Below, in pieces: positions 8,201-16,964 of a DNA stretch of 32,755 bases. The stretch comes from Acidimicrobiia bacterium (GTDB lineage: Bacteria > Actinomycetota > Acidimicrobiia > Spongiisociales > ZC4RG35). The stretch covers positions 1-32,755 of the forward strand of contig JBFGRR010000001.1 of assembly GCA_041567215.1 (NCBI GenBank), given 5' to 3'. Below the pieces are notes generated by a model, which was not told the origin of the DNA, ran no database searches, and saw only the letters and a program-made list of their open reading frames with translations. The position numbers were made by a program, and so were the translations under genes. Within the stretch, counting starts at the first letter, position 1. Every line of letters starts with the position of its first letter.

Positions 8201-9113
8201 GTTCTCCAATCGCGTCGGCAGCGTCGCGGATCTCCCTCTCACCCGAGCAGAAGACGAGGATGTCGTCTCGGGGAGGCAGTTCGAGTATCGCGTCGCAGAT
8301 CGCCTGGGGTTGGTCGCGAACCTCCCCGTCCGAGCCATCGAGCGGCCGATAGCGGATCTCGACCGGATGATTCCGACCGGACACCTCGACGACCGGCGCG
8401 CCATCGAAGTGCTCTGAGAAACGCTCTGTGTCGATCGTGGCCGACGTGACGATGAGCTTGAGATCCTGTCTGCGAGGAAGGAGCGTCTTCAGGTACCCGA
8501 GCAGGAAGTCGACGTTGAGGCTGCGCTCGTGGGCCTCGTCCACGATGATCGTGTCGTAGCGCCGCAATAGCCGGTCGCGCTGGATCTCGGCGAGGAGGAT
8601 GCCGTCGGTCATCACCTTGACGAGGGTGTCCTCACCGACCCGGTCCGTGAAACGCACGGTGTAACCGATCAGATCGCCCACCGACGACCCGAGTTCCTCG
8701 GCGATCCTCTCTGAGATCGAGCGGGCCGCGATGCGCCTGGGTTGGGTGTGGCCGATCAGGCCGGCGGTCCCCCTACCCAGTTCGAGGCAGAGCTTGGGTA
8801 TCTGGGTGCTCTTGCCAGATCCGGTCTCGCCGGCGACGATCACCACCTGGTTGTCCTGGATCGCGGCGAGGAGTTCGGCGCGCCAGGCGGTGATCGGAAG
8901 GTCTTCGGAATACCGGATCGCGAGTTGATCGATCCGGCGACGATGCATCTCAGTCTTCTCGAGGTCCCCGAGGATGGCGCTCAGCGCCCGTGCGCGGCGG
9001 GCAGGGTCGGCGATTCGGTCGAGACCACCGAGCCGCCGTCGGAAAGACCTGCGCTGAGCTGGGGAGAGCGCATCGACGCGGTTGCGGAGTTCGGAGTCCA
9101 CGATCGGCCCCAT
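5253..9113 (-). CDS. hrpA: ATP-dependent RNA helicase HrpA (DEAH-box)
   Basis: About 1286 aa. Contains GETGSGKSTQIPK (Walker A), DEAHERS (motif II), TSATID and QRAGRCGR, plus a long HrpA C-terminal region. The track start is TTG at 9122. I prefer ATG at 9113, which has GAGGG 10 nt upstream. Confidence 0.95.
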   Translation of the reverse strand: MGPIVDSELRNRVDALSPAQRRSFRRRLGGLDRIADPARRARALSAILGDLEKTEMHRRRIDQLAIRYSEDLPITAWRAELLAAIQDNQVVIVAGETGSGKSTQIPKLCLELGRGTAGLIGHTQPRRIAARSISERIAEELGSSVGDLIGYTVRFTDRVGEDTLVKVMTDGILLAEIQRDRLLRRYDTIIVDEAHERSLNVDFLLGYLKTLLPRRQDLKLIVTSATIDTERFSEHFDGAPVVEVSGRNHPVEIRYRPLDGSDGEVRDQPQAICDAILELPPRDDILVFCSGEREIRDAADAIGELDLRLTEVLPLYGRLSAAEQHRVFEGHTGRRIVLATNVAETSLTVPGIRAVIDPGTARISRYNRRTKVQRLPIEPISKASAEQRAGRCGRVGPGICIRLYSEDDFEGRDEYTEPEIQRTSLASVILQMAALGLGEIESFPFLDPPDTKAIRDGVALLVELGAVDPEREGSGRWLTPMGRTLARLPLDPRLARMVVEAGKNGCLGDVLVIVAALAIQDPRERPTGKEQQADQLHARFRVADSDFLGWLQLWSYLGDERRARTSSQFRRLCRDEFLNYRRVREWQDVHAQLRDAADELNLGSGGRGSDPDTIHRSILSGLLSHLGVKDPDSHEYRGAHGSRFSLSPASVLFKRSPEHLMAAELVETTRLWAHAAAGIRPEWVEDVGSHLLRRSYSDPWWDGERGSAVATETVTIYGLTLVPSRTIQYGRIDPAASRSLFIRHALVADEWDGHHAFLEHNRRKIAEVLAIEERERRSDLLVADENLYDFFDARIPAEITTTRHFDRWWRDAKEVDPHQLDLALEDVIDRTAPPPDTESFPPVWHHGDVAMPLDYRFDPRSDADGLTVEVPLQSLDRVDPTLFDWHVPGMREELITELIRTLPKSIRKHLVPVAETARQVIEGLDPAQGGLLPSLRREVSRVSGVEIPLTAFDPARLPPHLRPAFRVVDDEGVVLAEGSDLAVLKEELARESRLVVQETQHRIERSGITSWDFGELPRSVEIEGPVSTILAYPALVDDGEAVSIRVVATEREQMDAHWDGVRRLLLLVLPSPGKLLRRLLTDPARDSLRSGPYEGVGEWADDCLRAATNGLLAAGLPFDGVAFDRLVARAKDELDEKVTSAGKASLEVFEALHRVELAAARLPERFSYAVSDVATQLNMLIFPGFISSLGSSRLMDVLRYLDAAHYRLEKLPENPVRDKERMERVLVLEERYEHLLGTLPMSDRLAAIGWQLQELRVSLFAQVLGTREAVSEKRVRRALQELAIHG

Positions 9114-9149
9114 GATGGTCAAACCCTCGGAAGACCGCCCACCGACAGG

Positions 9150-10313
9150 TCAGGAGGGAGCGACGGCGTGTCGCCCTGCCGGTATCAGCGGGATCGCGAC
9201 AAGCAGGGCTGCGGCAGCAACGATGTAGGGCAGCGGAATGGCGATCGCGTAGAGGAATCCACCCAGAACCGGCCCTGCCACCCGGCCGAGACCGCTCGCC
9301 GACTGCTGCAGCCCAAGCACCGCCCCCGCCCTGGAGTTGGGCACGAATCCCGACACGAAGGAGGAGAGGACCGGGGTCAGTAACCCTTGTCCGACAGCCA
9401 AGAGGGAAACACTCCAAAGGAGCATCCAGATCCCTGACGTGGCCGACAGCATCAGGAACCCCACGAGGTTGAGAGCGAGGCCGAGGCGGATCGCCCCTGC
9501 CTCGCCAACGCGCCGTGTCGCGGGCGCCACGAGGCCGGCCTGTGTGGCGACGAGAACCACGCCGATCGCCGAGAAGAAGAGAGCGACACTGGAGTCGGTC
9601 AAGGAGAGTCTGTCGCTGGCGAGGAGAGCGAACGTCGTTTCGAAAGCGCTGAACACCACGATTCCCGCGAAGGTCAGCGCCACGAGTCTCAGCACCGCCG
9701 ACGGGAGCGGAGCGCGCTCGTGTTCGAATTCCCGCCTTGGAGGCTCCGGCTTCGCTGTTTCCGGGAGCCGTACCGCGCTGGCAATGAGATTCAGGATGGA
9801 AATCCCAGCCGCCACCAGGAACGGGAAGGCGGGGTTCACCAGGGCTGCGCCGGCCCCTATGGCCGGACCGATCACGAATCCGACACCGAACGCCGCTCCA
9901 AGCAGTCCCATCAGCGCCGGCCTCTCGGCAGGCGAAGCCACATCGGCCACGGCCGCCTTCGCCACCGCGACGCTCGCACCGGATACCCCGTCGAGGATCC
10001 GACCCACGAAGAGGATGGGAAGCGAGGCGGCGAGCCCGAGCGTCAAGCTACCGATCGCCGATCCCGCGATGGTCACCAGGAGCACGGGCTTGCGGCCCAC
10101 TCGGTCCGAGATCTTCCCCCACAGCGGCGAGAACACGAACTGCGCCAGGGAGTACGAGGCGAAGAGCAACCCGATGGTGCGGGGTCCAGCACCGAATCGT
10201 TCGGCGTAGAGAGGGAGCAGAGGGATGATGATCCCGAAGCCGAGAAGGTCGACTGCAACAGCAGTCCATACTGCCCAGAACCCCCGAGGCCTCTTGGTCC
10301 GCCGTTCGCTCAT
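9150..10313 (-). CDS. MFS transporter, DHA1 / tetracycline-efflux-like
   Basis: 387 aa with 12 predicted TM segments. Contains GKISDRVGRKPVLL (MFS motif A) and LDGVSGASVAVAKAAVAD. ATG at 10313 forms an ATGA overlap with the hemY stop. Confidence 0.85.
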   Translation of the reverse strand: MSERRTKRPRGFWAVWTAVAVDLLGFGIIIPLLPLYAERFGAGPRTIGLLFASYSLAQFVFSPLWGKISDRVGRKPVLLVTIAGSAIGSLTLGLAASLPILFVGRILDGVSGASVAVAKAAVADVASPAERPALMGLLGAAFGVGFVIGPAIGAGAALVNPAFPFLVAAGISILNLIASAVRLPETAKPEPPRREFEHERAPLPSAVLRLVALTFAGIVVFSAFETTFALLASDRLSLTDSSVALFFSAIGVVLVATQAGLVAPATRRVGEAGAIRLGLALNLVGFLMLSATSGIWMLLWSVSLLAVGQGLLTPVLSSFVSGFVPNSRAGAVLGLQQSASGLGRVAGPVLGGFLYAIAIPLPYIVAAAALLVAIPLIPAGRHAVAPS

Positions 10314-11635
10314 CGCCCGCCTGCGATCCGGGCTGCCACCTGCATTGCGTCACCGGCAAGGCGGGAGACACCCACACCGCGATAGCCCCAGCCAGTCAGG
10401 TGGAGGTTGGGAAGCGTGGCCAGACACCGGTCGAGTTCGTCCAACCACCGCAGATGTCCCACCTCATACTGAGGCACTCCGACCGGATGCCGGACGATCT
10501 CGGCGAACGGAACATCGACTTCACGCCCGAGAACTCGAGCGAGGTCGCGCTCGATCTCGGAGAGGATCGTGGCATCATCCCAGTCCACCACGTCCGGTCG
10601 GCGAGCCCCCCCGGCGATGATCTTGGCCAGGGAGTGGCCGTTCGGTGCGCGCTCCGGGACGTGGGATGACTCGAACAGGATTCCCAGGGCTGTCGTACCG
10701 GCGTCGGGACCCATCAGGGCACCGAATCCCGGCGGCAATTCGAATCCGGCGCTAGGTCCTCCCATTCCGACGACGACGGCCGGGGCAGTCACCGACTGGG
10801 CCAAGAGGCCCGCGATGTCGCCTCCCAGGAGGCGCGCAGCCAGCTGGGGGCGAAGCGCCAGCACCACGTGGTCGGCCGCGAACCTCTCTTCGCCGTCCAC
10901 CAGCCACCGGGCACCATCCCGGCGAACCGCCGCCACCGTCACACCACCTCGAAACCGCCCACCGAGATGGGCCGCAGCAGCATCGGCGAGAGCGCTCATC
11001 CCGCCGACCGCATAGTGGCCCCCGGCGCGCACCGAGCCCTTCGGGCGACTCTTGAGCCTTCGGATTCCGCCCCGAATCACCGAGCCGGCATCGTCCTCTA
11101 GAAGTGGGAAGGTCGGAAAGGCTGCTCGGGCGGAGAGCCTGGCTGCATCCCCGGCGTACACGCCTGAAGCAGCCACATGGGAGATCAATCCACCCATGCG
11201 GCGCCCGAAGCGGCGCTGCATGAATGCTGCGAACGACTCGTCCTGCGTCTCGGCCTTGGTCTTGATGAACGGTTCGGCCGCCGCCCGTATCTTGGCCGAG
11301 AACGGAGCGACCGGAGCGAACAGTGCCGCAGGCGTCGGAGGAATCGCCACCAGTCTCCCGCGGGTGTAGACATACCGCAGTTCGGCGGACGGATCAGCGG
11401 GCGCGATGGCGGCGCCAAAGCGCTCGAGCACGGGGCTCAGGCTGGGGTGCGGAAGCATCAGGGTCCCGGCGCCCGGCTCGAGGGAATAACCGTCCCGCTT
11501 CACGGTCCGGGCGACGCCGCCCGGGGAGTGCGATTGCTCGAGCACCACAACGCCGTCCACGCCCGCAGCCACGAGTTCCGACGCGGCAAAGAGGCCAGAG
11601 AGGCCGCCGCCGATCACAACAACACGTACAGACAC
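10310..11635 (-). CDS. hemY: FAD-dependent protoporphyrinogen/coproporphyrinogen III oxidase (HemY family)
   Basis: 441 aa from GTG at 11635, preceded by GGAG. VRVVVIGGGLSGLFAASEL..LEQSHSPGG is a dinucleotide-binding fold followed by a HemY-like body. The track ORF start at 11899 is an 88-aa Arg-rich over-extension that overlaps hemN. Confidence 0.85.
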   Translation of the reverse strand: MSVRVVVIGGGLSGLFAASELVAAGVDGVVVLEQSHSPGGVARTVKRDGYSLEPGAGTLMLPHPSLSPVLERFGAAIAPADPSAELRYVYTRGRLVAIPPTPAALFAPVAPFSAKIRAAAEPFIKTKAETQDESFAAFMQRRFGRRMGGLISHVAASGVYAGDAARLSARAAFPTFPLLEDDAGSVIRGGIRRLKSRPKGSVRAGGHYAVGGMSALADAAAAHLGGRFRGGVTVAAVRRDGARWLVDGEERFAADHVVLALRPQLAARLLGGDIAGLLAQSVTAPAVVVGMGGPSAGFELPPGFGALMGPDAGTTALGILFESSHVPERAPNGHSLAKIIAGGARRPDVVDWDDATILSEIERDLARVLGREVDVPFAEIVRHPVGVPQYEVGHLRWLDELDRCLATLPNLHLTGWGYRGVGVSRLAGDAMQVAARIAGGR

Positions 11636-11646
11636 ATCCGCTCCGT

Positions 11647-13032
11647 TCAAACCGTCTTCGAGAACACTGGGCCCGACCCATCGCGCCGACCGGTGTAGGC
11701 ATCGAAGACGGCGGCCACCCGACGGACGAACAACGCGCCGAGTTCCGTCGTCTTCACGACAAGACCGTCGATGTTGACCATGCCCTCGTCCGCCAGGCCG
11801 CCGGGCCCGGAGAGCGCCGATACCTCTGCGGCGAAGTAGGAGCCTCCGTCGACGCCGAACACCGAGCAGGCCTCGGCGAGATCGACCACACCGTTGCACA
11901 TCAGCTCGGTGATCACGTGCCTGCGAAGGCGGTCATCCCGATCGAGACGGTAACCGCGCTCGACCGGCAACTCGCCGCCATCGACCGACTGGTAGTACGA
12001 CGCCAGGCGCCGGTGATTCTGGGCATAGGCTCCATCGACATCGGAGATTCCCGACGTGCCGAGCGCCACCATCTCGGTGTCCCTCTTGGTCGTGTAACCC
12101 ATGAAGTTGCGGGTCAACGACCCTTGCCTAGCCGCCAGCACCAACTCGTCTCCGGGAAGGGCGAAGTGGTCCATCCCGATCTGGGCGTATCCGGCCGCTG
12201 TCAATGTGGACACCACCTGGGCCAACAGAGCGAATTTCGCCTCGGTGTCCGGCAGCATCGACTCCTCCATGCGCCGCTGATGGGGCCGCATCCAGGGAAC
12301 GTAGGCGAACGAGTAGACGGCGAGCCGGTCCGGACGCATCTCGACAACCGCGTCGAGAGTGGCGCCGAGCGTCCCCTCGTTCTGACCTGGGAGCCCGTAG
12401 ATGAGGTCCAGGTTGATCGAAGCGAACCCGAGCCGGCGGGCGTCCCAGAACAGAGCCTCGGTCTCGTCCCGGGCCTGGTTCCTGCCGATGAGACGCTGAA
12501 CTTCGGGATCCAGATCCTGCACGCCCAATGAGATCCGGTTGAAGCCGGCAGCGGCGAGCGCCTCGAGATGGGCCGTCGAGGTCACTCTGGGGTCGACCTC
12601 GACCGCTATCTCGGCGGCGGGATCCAGCTCGAAGCGGGCAAGCAGAGCGCTATGGAGCTCTTCGAGCACCTCCGGCGAGTAGTGCGTGGGGGTGCCGCCT
12701 CCCCAGTGGTATTGGACGACGCGGCGGCGTTCTCCGAGCCTGTCCGCGAGAAGGCTCGCTTCAGCGACCACCCGGCCGAGGTACGCGTCTGCCACCTCAG
12801 GCCTCTTGGCCACGACGACGTGGCAGGCACAGAACGAACACCGGGCCTCGCAGAACGGGAGGTGCACATAGAGGGATAGGGGGTCGTCGGCTCGCTGGGC
12901 GGCAAGGGCGAGGCGCTCTCCGTAGTCAACCGCCCCAAACGCGGTGTTGAACTCGACGGCAGTCGGATACGAGGTATATCGAGGCCCGGGACGATCGTGG
13001 CGCTTCAACAGATCCGCGTTCACGCCGATCAC
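11647..13032 (-). CDS. hemN: oxygen-independent coproporphyrinogen III oxidase (radical SAM, HemN proper)
   Basis: 461 aa. GPRYTSYPTAVEF N-terminal motif and radical-SAM motif CEARCSFCAC (CxxxCxxCxC). GTG at 13032 forms a GTGA overlap with the hemE stop. The track start at 13236 is an over-extension. Confidence 0.9.
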   Translation of the reverse strand: MIGVNADLLKRHDRPGPRYTSYPTAVEFNTAFGAVDYGERLALAAQRADDPLSLYVHLPFCEARCSFCACHVVVAKRPEVADAYLGRVVAEASLLADRLGERRRVVQYHWGGGTPTHYSPEVLEELHSALLARFELDPAAEIAVEVDPRVTSTAHLEALAAAGFNRISLGVQDLDPEVQRLIGRNQARDETEALFWDARRLGFASINLDLIYGLPGQNEGTLGATLDAVVEMRPDRLAVYSFAYVPWMRPHQRRMEESMLPDTEAKFALLAQVVSTLTAAGYAQIGMDHFALPGDELVLAARQGSLTRNFMGYTTKRDTEMVALGTSGISDVDGAYAQNHRRLASYYQSVDGGELPVERGYRLDRDDRLRRHVITELMCNGVVDLAEACSVFGVDGGSYFAAEVSALSGPGGLADEGMVNIDGLVVKTTELGALFVRRVAAVFDAYTGRRDGSGPVFSKTV

Positions 13033-14018
13033 GATCTCACCGCCTCCACGAACGCGGCCAGGTGCTCGGGCGGAGTGCTCCGGTCGATTCCATGGCCGAG
13101 GTTGGCGACATACCCCGGCCGTCCACCGGCACTCTCGAGCATGCTCGCCACCGCGCCACGAATGGCGCCCGGGTCTGAAAGAAGGACGGCGGGGTCGAGA
13201 TTCCCTTGGATCGCGACGTCGCCCAACCTGCCCCACGCCTCATCGAGGGGCAGCCTCCAATCGACTCCGAATGCCGAGGCGCGCACCACGTTCTGGAGAT
13301 CAAGCGTGTGCGACGCGCCGGGAGCGAAGTAGATGGTCGGGGTGGCCAACCCCGCGATGGCACGGGCGGCGTTGGGAACGACCAGCGTTTCGTAGGTCGC
13401 CCTGTCCGCGAGGCCGGCCCAGCTGTCGAAGAGCTGGACGACATGCGCACCCGCCTCGACCTGGAAGCCGAGGTATGTGTTCATCGCCCTGGCCAGCACG
13501 CCCAACGCCTCCGCGGCGGCGGTCGGATCACGGCGCAGCTCGCCGCGAAACCTGATGAAGTCCTTGGAACCGCCGCCCTGGACGAGATACGCGAGAAGTG
13601 TCAGAGGTGCGCCGGCAAAGCCGATGATCGCGGTCTCCGCGGGGATCTCTTCACCAACACGGCGAATCGTCTCGCCAACGAAAGACACCTGATCAACGTC
13701 GAGAGGAGGGAGCGCCGCGACTTCCGCCAGCGTGTGCGGGCGCAGACGGGGACCGGGGTCGAAGGTCATCTCGACGCCCATCGCTTCGAGGGGGGTCATG
13801 ATGTCGGCGAAGATCACCGCGCCGTCCATTCCGAACCTGCGTATCGGCTGGAGCGTGATCTCGGCGGCCACCGTGGGAGTGGAGACTGCTTCCTGGAACG
13901 AGTGCCTCTCCCTCAACTCCCGGTACTCCGGCAGGTAGCGACCGGCCTGACGCATCACCCAGACCGGCGGACGTTCGAGCGGCCGCCGGTTCAGAGCCTC
14001 GATGAGCGGGCGGGTCAC
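13029..14018 (-). CDS. hemE: uroporphyrinogen decarboxylase
   Basis: 329 aa. PPVWVMRQAGRYLPEYRELR is the HemE signature. GTG at 14018 forms a GTGA overlap with the hemL stop. Confidence 0.95.
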   Translation of the reverse strand: MTRPLIEALNRRPLERPPVWVMRQAGRYLPEYRELRERHSFQEAVSTPTVAAEITLQPIRRFGMDGAVIFADIMTPLEAMGVEMTFDPGPRLRPHTLAEVAALPPLDVDQVSFVGETIRRVGEEIPAETAIIGFAGAPLTLLAYLVQGGGSKDFIRFRGELRRDPTAAAEALGVLARAMNTYLGFQVEAGAHVVQLFDSWAGLADRATYETLVVPNAARAIAGLATPTIYFAPGASHTLDLQNVVRASAFGVDWRLPLDEAWGRLGDVAIQGNLDPAVLLSDPGAIRGAVASMLESAGGRPGYVANLGHGIDRSTPPEHLAAFVEAVRS

Positions 14019-15286
14019 GACGTCGCTCCGATGGCAGCGGTGAGAACGTCGATGGCTTCATCGACCGCACCCGCGTGGTCTTCCATCAGGAACATCGCCT
14101 CGAACTGCGACGGCGGCAAGAGCACCCCGCCCGCATAGGCAGATTGGAAGAACCTGGCGAACGCGTCGCGATCTGCGGTGGCGGCATCTTCCCAGGAGCG
14201 GACCCTTGTGGGCCCGAAGAAGAGCGTGAGCATGCCTCCAACACGCTGAACACACCCGGAGATCCCGTTCTGGTCGAGGGCCGCCGTGAGCGCATCCTCC
14301 ATTCGCCCTCCCATGGTCTCGAGGTCCTCGTACAACTGTGGTGTCTCGATCAGGTACTCGAGACAAGCGATACCGGCCGCAGTGGCCAGCGGGTTACCGG
14401 CCAGCGTTCCCGCTTGATAGACCGGTCCGTCAGGGGCGACGCGCCTCATCAGATCGGCACGGCCACCGTAGAGCGCGGCGGGGGCGCCACCCGCCACGAT
14501 CTTCCCGAGGCAGGTGAGGTCGGGCGTGACGCCGTACCGCTCCTGGGCACCTCCGCGGGCCACTCGAAAGCCGGTCATGACCTCGTCGAGAATGAGAAGC
14601 GCGCCATTCCGATCACAGACGCTTCGCAGGCCTGGCAGGAAGTCCGGCTCGGGCGGTACCACTCCCATGTTCCCCGCCACCGGTTCCACGATCACGCACG
14701 CGACGTCCCCGGCCGAGAATGCCCTCTCGACCGATTCCACGTCATTGAAACGAGCGATGTGGGTGTCGGCGACGGTGGATGACGGAACTCCGGGACTGTC
14801 CGGCTCGCCAAACGTGGCTGCACCACTCCCGGCCTTCACCAGGAAGGGATCGGCATGACCGTGGTAACAGCCTTCGAACTTGACGATGCCGGCCTTGCCG
14901 GTGGCGGCCCTGGCGACGCGGACTGCCGAAGCCGTGGCCTCCGTGCCGGAGTTGACCATCCGCATCACCTCGATCGAGGGCACCAGCGAGCCGACCAATT
15001 CGGCAAGTTGTACTTCGGCGGTCGTCGGAACGCCGAACGAGGTGCCCTTTCTCGCTGCCGACTCGATCGCCGAAACGATCTCGGTGCGGGCATGGCCGAG
15101 GATCAACGCTCCCCACGATGCAACGAAGTCGATCAGTTCCACACCATCCACGGTGGTCAGGCGCGGGCCACTCGCCGAGGCGACGAACGGCGGTATGCCG
15201 CCGACGGCCTTGAAGGCTCTGACCGGCGAATTCACTCCGCCGGGCATCACCGACCGCGCTCGCTGGTACCAGGCTTCGGAGTTCAT
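14015..15286 (-). CDS. hemL: glutamate-1-semialdehyde 2,1-aminomutase
   Basis: 423 aa from ATG at 15286 (MNSEAWYQRARSVMPGGVNSPVRAFKAVGG), with a class-III aminotransferase body. ATGA overlap with the hemB stop. The track start at 15400 is an over-extension. Confidence 0.95.
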   Translation of the reverse strand: MNSEAWYQRARSVMPGGVNSPVRAFKAVGGIPPFVASASGPRLTTVDGVELIDFVASWGALILGHARTEIVSAIESAARKGTSFGVPTTAEVQLAELVGSLVPSIEVMRMVNSGTEATASAVRVARAATGKAGIVKFEGCYHGHADPFLVKAGSGAATFGEPDSPGVPSSTVADTHIARFNDVESVERAFSAGDVACVIVEPVAGNMGVVPPEPDFLPGLRSVCDRNGALLILDEVMTGFRVARGGAQERYGVTPDLTCLGKIVAGGAPAALYGGRADLMRRVAPDGPVYQAGTLAGNPLATAAGIACLEYLIETPQLYEDLETMGGRMEDALTAALDQNGISGCVQRVGGMLTLFFGPTRVRSWEDAATADRDAFARFFQSAYAGGVLLPPSQFEAMFLMEDHAGAVDEAIDVLTAAIGATS

Positions 15287-16263
15287 GACTCCCTCAACAT
15301 GCGGGCTGCCCGCGTTGCGAAGTAGGTGAGGATGATTCCGGCACCGGCTCGAGCAATCCCGGTCAGGGACTCGATCATCGCCCGGTCCCCGTCGACCCAA
15401 CCGTTGGCTGCGGCAGCCTCGATCATCGAGAACTCGCCCGAGACCTGGTAGGCAGCGACAGGAACGCCGACGAGACCGCGAACCGAGGCGATCACATCGA
15501 GGTAGGGGCCGGCGGGTTTCACCATCACCATGTCGGCGCCCTCCGCGAGATCCTGGGCCACCTCGATCAGTGCCTCTCTGGCGTTCGGCGGATCCATTTG
15601 GTGCGACCTGCGGTCGCCGAAGGCGGGCGCCGACCCCGCTGCCTGTCGGAACGGTCCGTAAAAGGCACTCGAGTACTTGGCCGAGTAGGAGCAGATCGCC
15701 AACTCTTGGTGGCCTGCAGCATCGAGGGCCTCCCGGATGACACCCACCCTCCCGTCCATCATGTCGGATGGGGCTATGACGTCCGCACCCGCGTCCGCGT
15801 AGGCGACAGCTGCCCTGGCGAGAAGAGGCAGGGTGGCGTCGTTGTCGATCTCATCGCCAGAGAGGGCCCCGCAGTGACCATGACTCGTGTACTCGCACAT
15901 GCACACGTCCGCCCACACCACCACGTCGATGCCTTCCTGGCGGATGGCCTCGATGGCAGAAGGAACCGGTCCGGTCCGATCCCACGCGCCCGAGCCTTCC
16001 TCGTCCTTGGTGTCGGGAACGCCGAAGAGGATCACTCCTCCCACCCCGACCTCAGCGGCCTCTCTGACCACGGGCAGCAATCTGTCCACGGACAGTTGAG
16101 CGTGGCCGGGCATCGACGGAATGGAATGGGTCCGCTCCGTTCCGGGCACCACGAACAGGGGGAGAACGAACATCGAAGGATGGAGACGGGTCTCGGCCAC
16201 GGCCCTCCGCAGCCCGGGGGATCGGCGTAGCCTCCGCGACCGCACTGTCGGGAATTCGCTCAA
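15283..16263 (-). CDS. hemB: porphobilinogen synthase (5-aminolevulinate dehydratase)
   Basis: 326 aa. Contains RRLRRSPGLRRAVAETRL, MCEYTSHGHCG and DMVMVKPAGPYLD. The start codon at 16263 is TTG and forms a TTGA overlap with the hemD stop. Confidence 0.95.
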   Translation of the reverse strand: MSEFPTVRSRRLRRSPGLRRAVAETRLHPSMFVLPLFVVPGTERTHSIPSMPGHAQLSVDRLLPVVREAAEVGVGGVILFGVPDTKDEEGSGAWDRTGPVPSAIEAIRQEGIDVVVWADVCMCEYTSHGHCGALSGDEIDNDATLPLLARAAVAYADAGADVIAPSDMMDGRVGVIREALDAAGHQELAICSYSAKYSSAFYGPFRQAAGSAPAFGDRRSHQMDPPNAREALIEVAQDLAEGADMVMVKPAGPYLDVIASVRGLVGVPVAAYQVSGEFSMIEAAAANGWVDGDRAMIESLTGIARAGAGIILTYFATRAARMLRES

Positions 16264-16964
16264 GTCAGGCTCCTGTGTTCGTTCAGGTAGGTGGCCAGGG
16301 AGGCCACCAATTCGTCAAAGCGAGGGGTGGCGGGAACTACATGCGGCAGATGTCCGACAGCCTCGAGAGAGGCGGCGGTGGTCCGGCCGATCGCGGCGGT
16401 GACGAGGCCGTCGAGACTCCTGGACGACAGCCAACCGTCCACCGCCGACGGCGAGCCGAATACGACGGCGTCGACCTCGTCATGGGACGGAGCAATCGGC
16501 AGGGTTTCGTACACCCAACCGCTGGATAGTCGGGCGCCGGACCCGAGGAGAGCGGCGAGTGTCGATGGGTCGGCCATCCGGGCATGCGGGTACACGACGG
16601 ACGCGCCCTGGATGACCTCCGTGAGGCGATCCACGAGACCCGACGCGCCGCCGCCTCCCACCAAAGCCACCGAGCCGCCGGCCTGGCTCGCAGCCGCCGC
16701 CGTCCGGGAACCTACTGCTGCGACGCGAGGGCGCCCCGGCATACGCCCGCTAGGCCAGAGGACGTCGACGACCCGGCTGGATGTGAGAACGATCCAGTCA
16801 CACCGCTCGGCCTCGCCGCGGAGATGGGAGATCGTGTCAGCCTCTCCGGGAGACACCTCTATGCATGGAAGAAACACGGGGTCGAGGCCCGCGGCGGCTA
16901 GATCAGCGCCGATGCGTGCCGCCGGGACCGGTCTCGTCGTTGTGACTGCTACTCGAGGGCTCAC
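16260..16964 (-). CDS. hemD: uroporphyrinogen-III synthase
   Basis: 234 aa from GTG at 16964 (GTGA overlap with the hemC stop). VAVTTTRP...DWIVLTSSRVVDVL...VAAVGSRTAAA is HemD-like, and the position between hemC and hemB fits. The upstream 180 aa of the track ORF are an Arg-rich shadow. Confidence 0.75.
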   Translation of the reverse strand: MSPRVAVTTTRPVPAARIGADLAAAGLDPVFLPCIEVSPGEADTISHLRGEAERCDWIVLTSSRVVDVLWPSGRMPGRPRVAAVGSRTAAAASQAGGSVALVGGGGASGLVDRLTEVIQGASVVYPHARMADPSTLAALLGSGARLSSGWVYETLPIAPSHDEVDAVVFGSPSAVDGWLSSRSLDGLVTAAIGRTTAASLEAVGHLPHVVPATPRFDELVASLATYLNEHRSLT

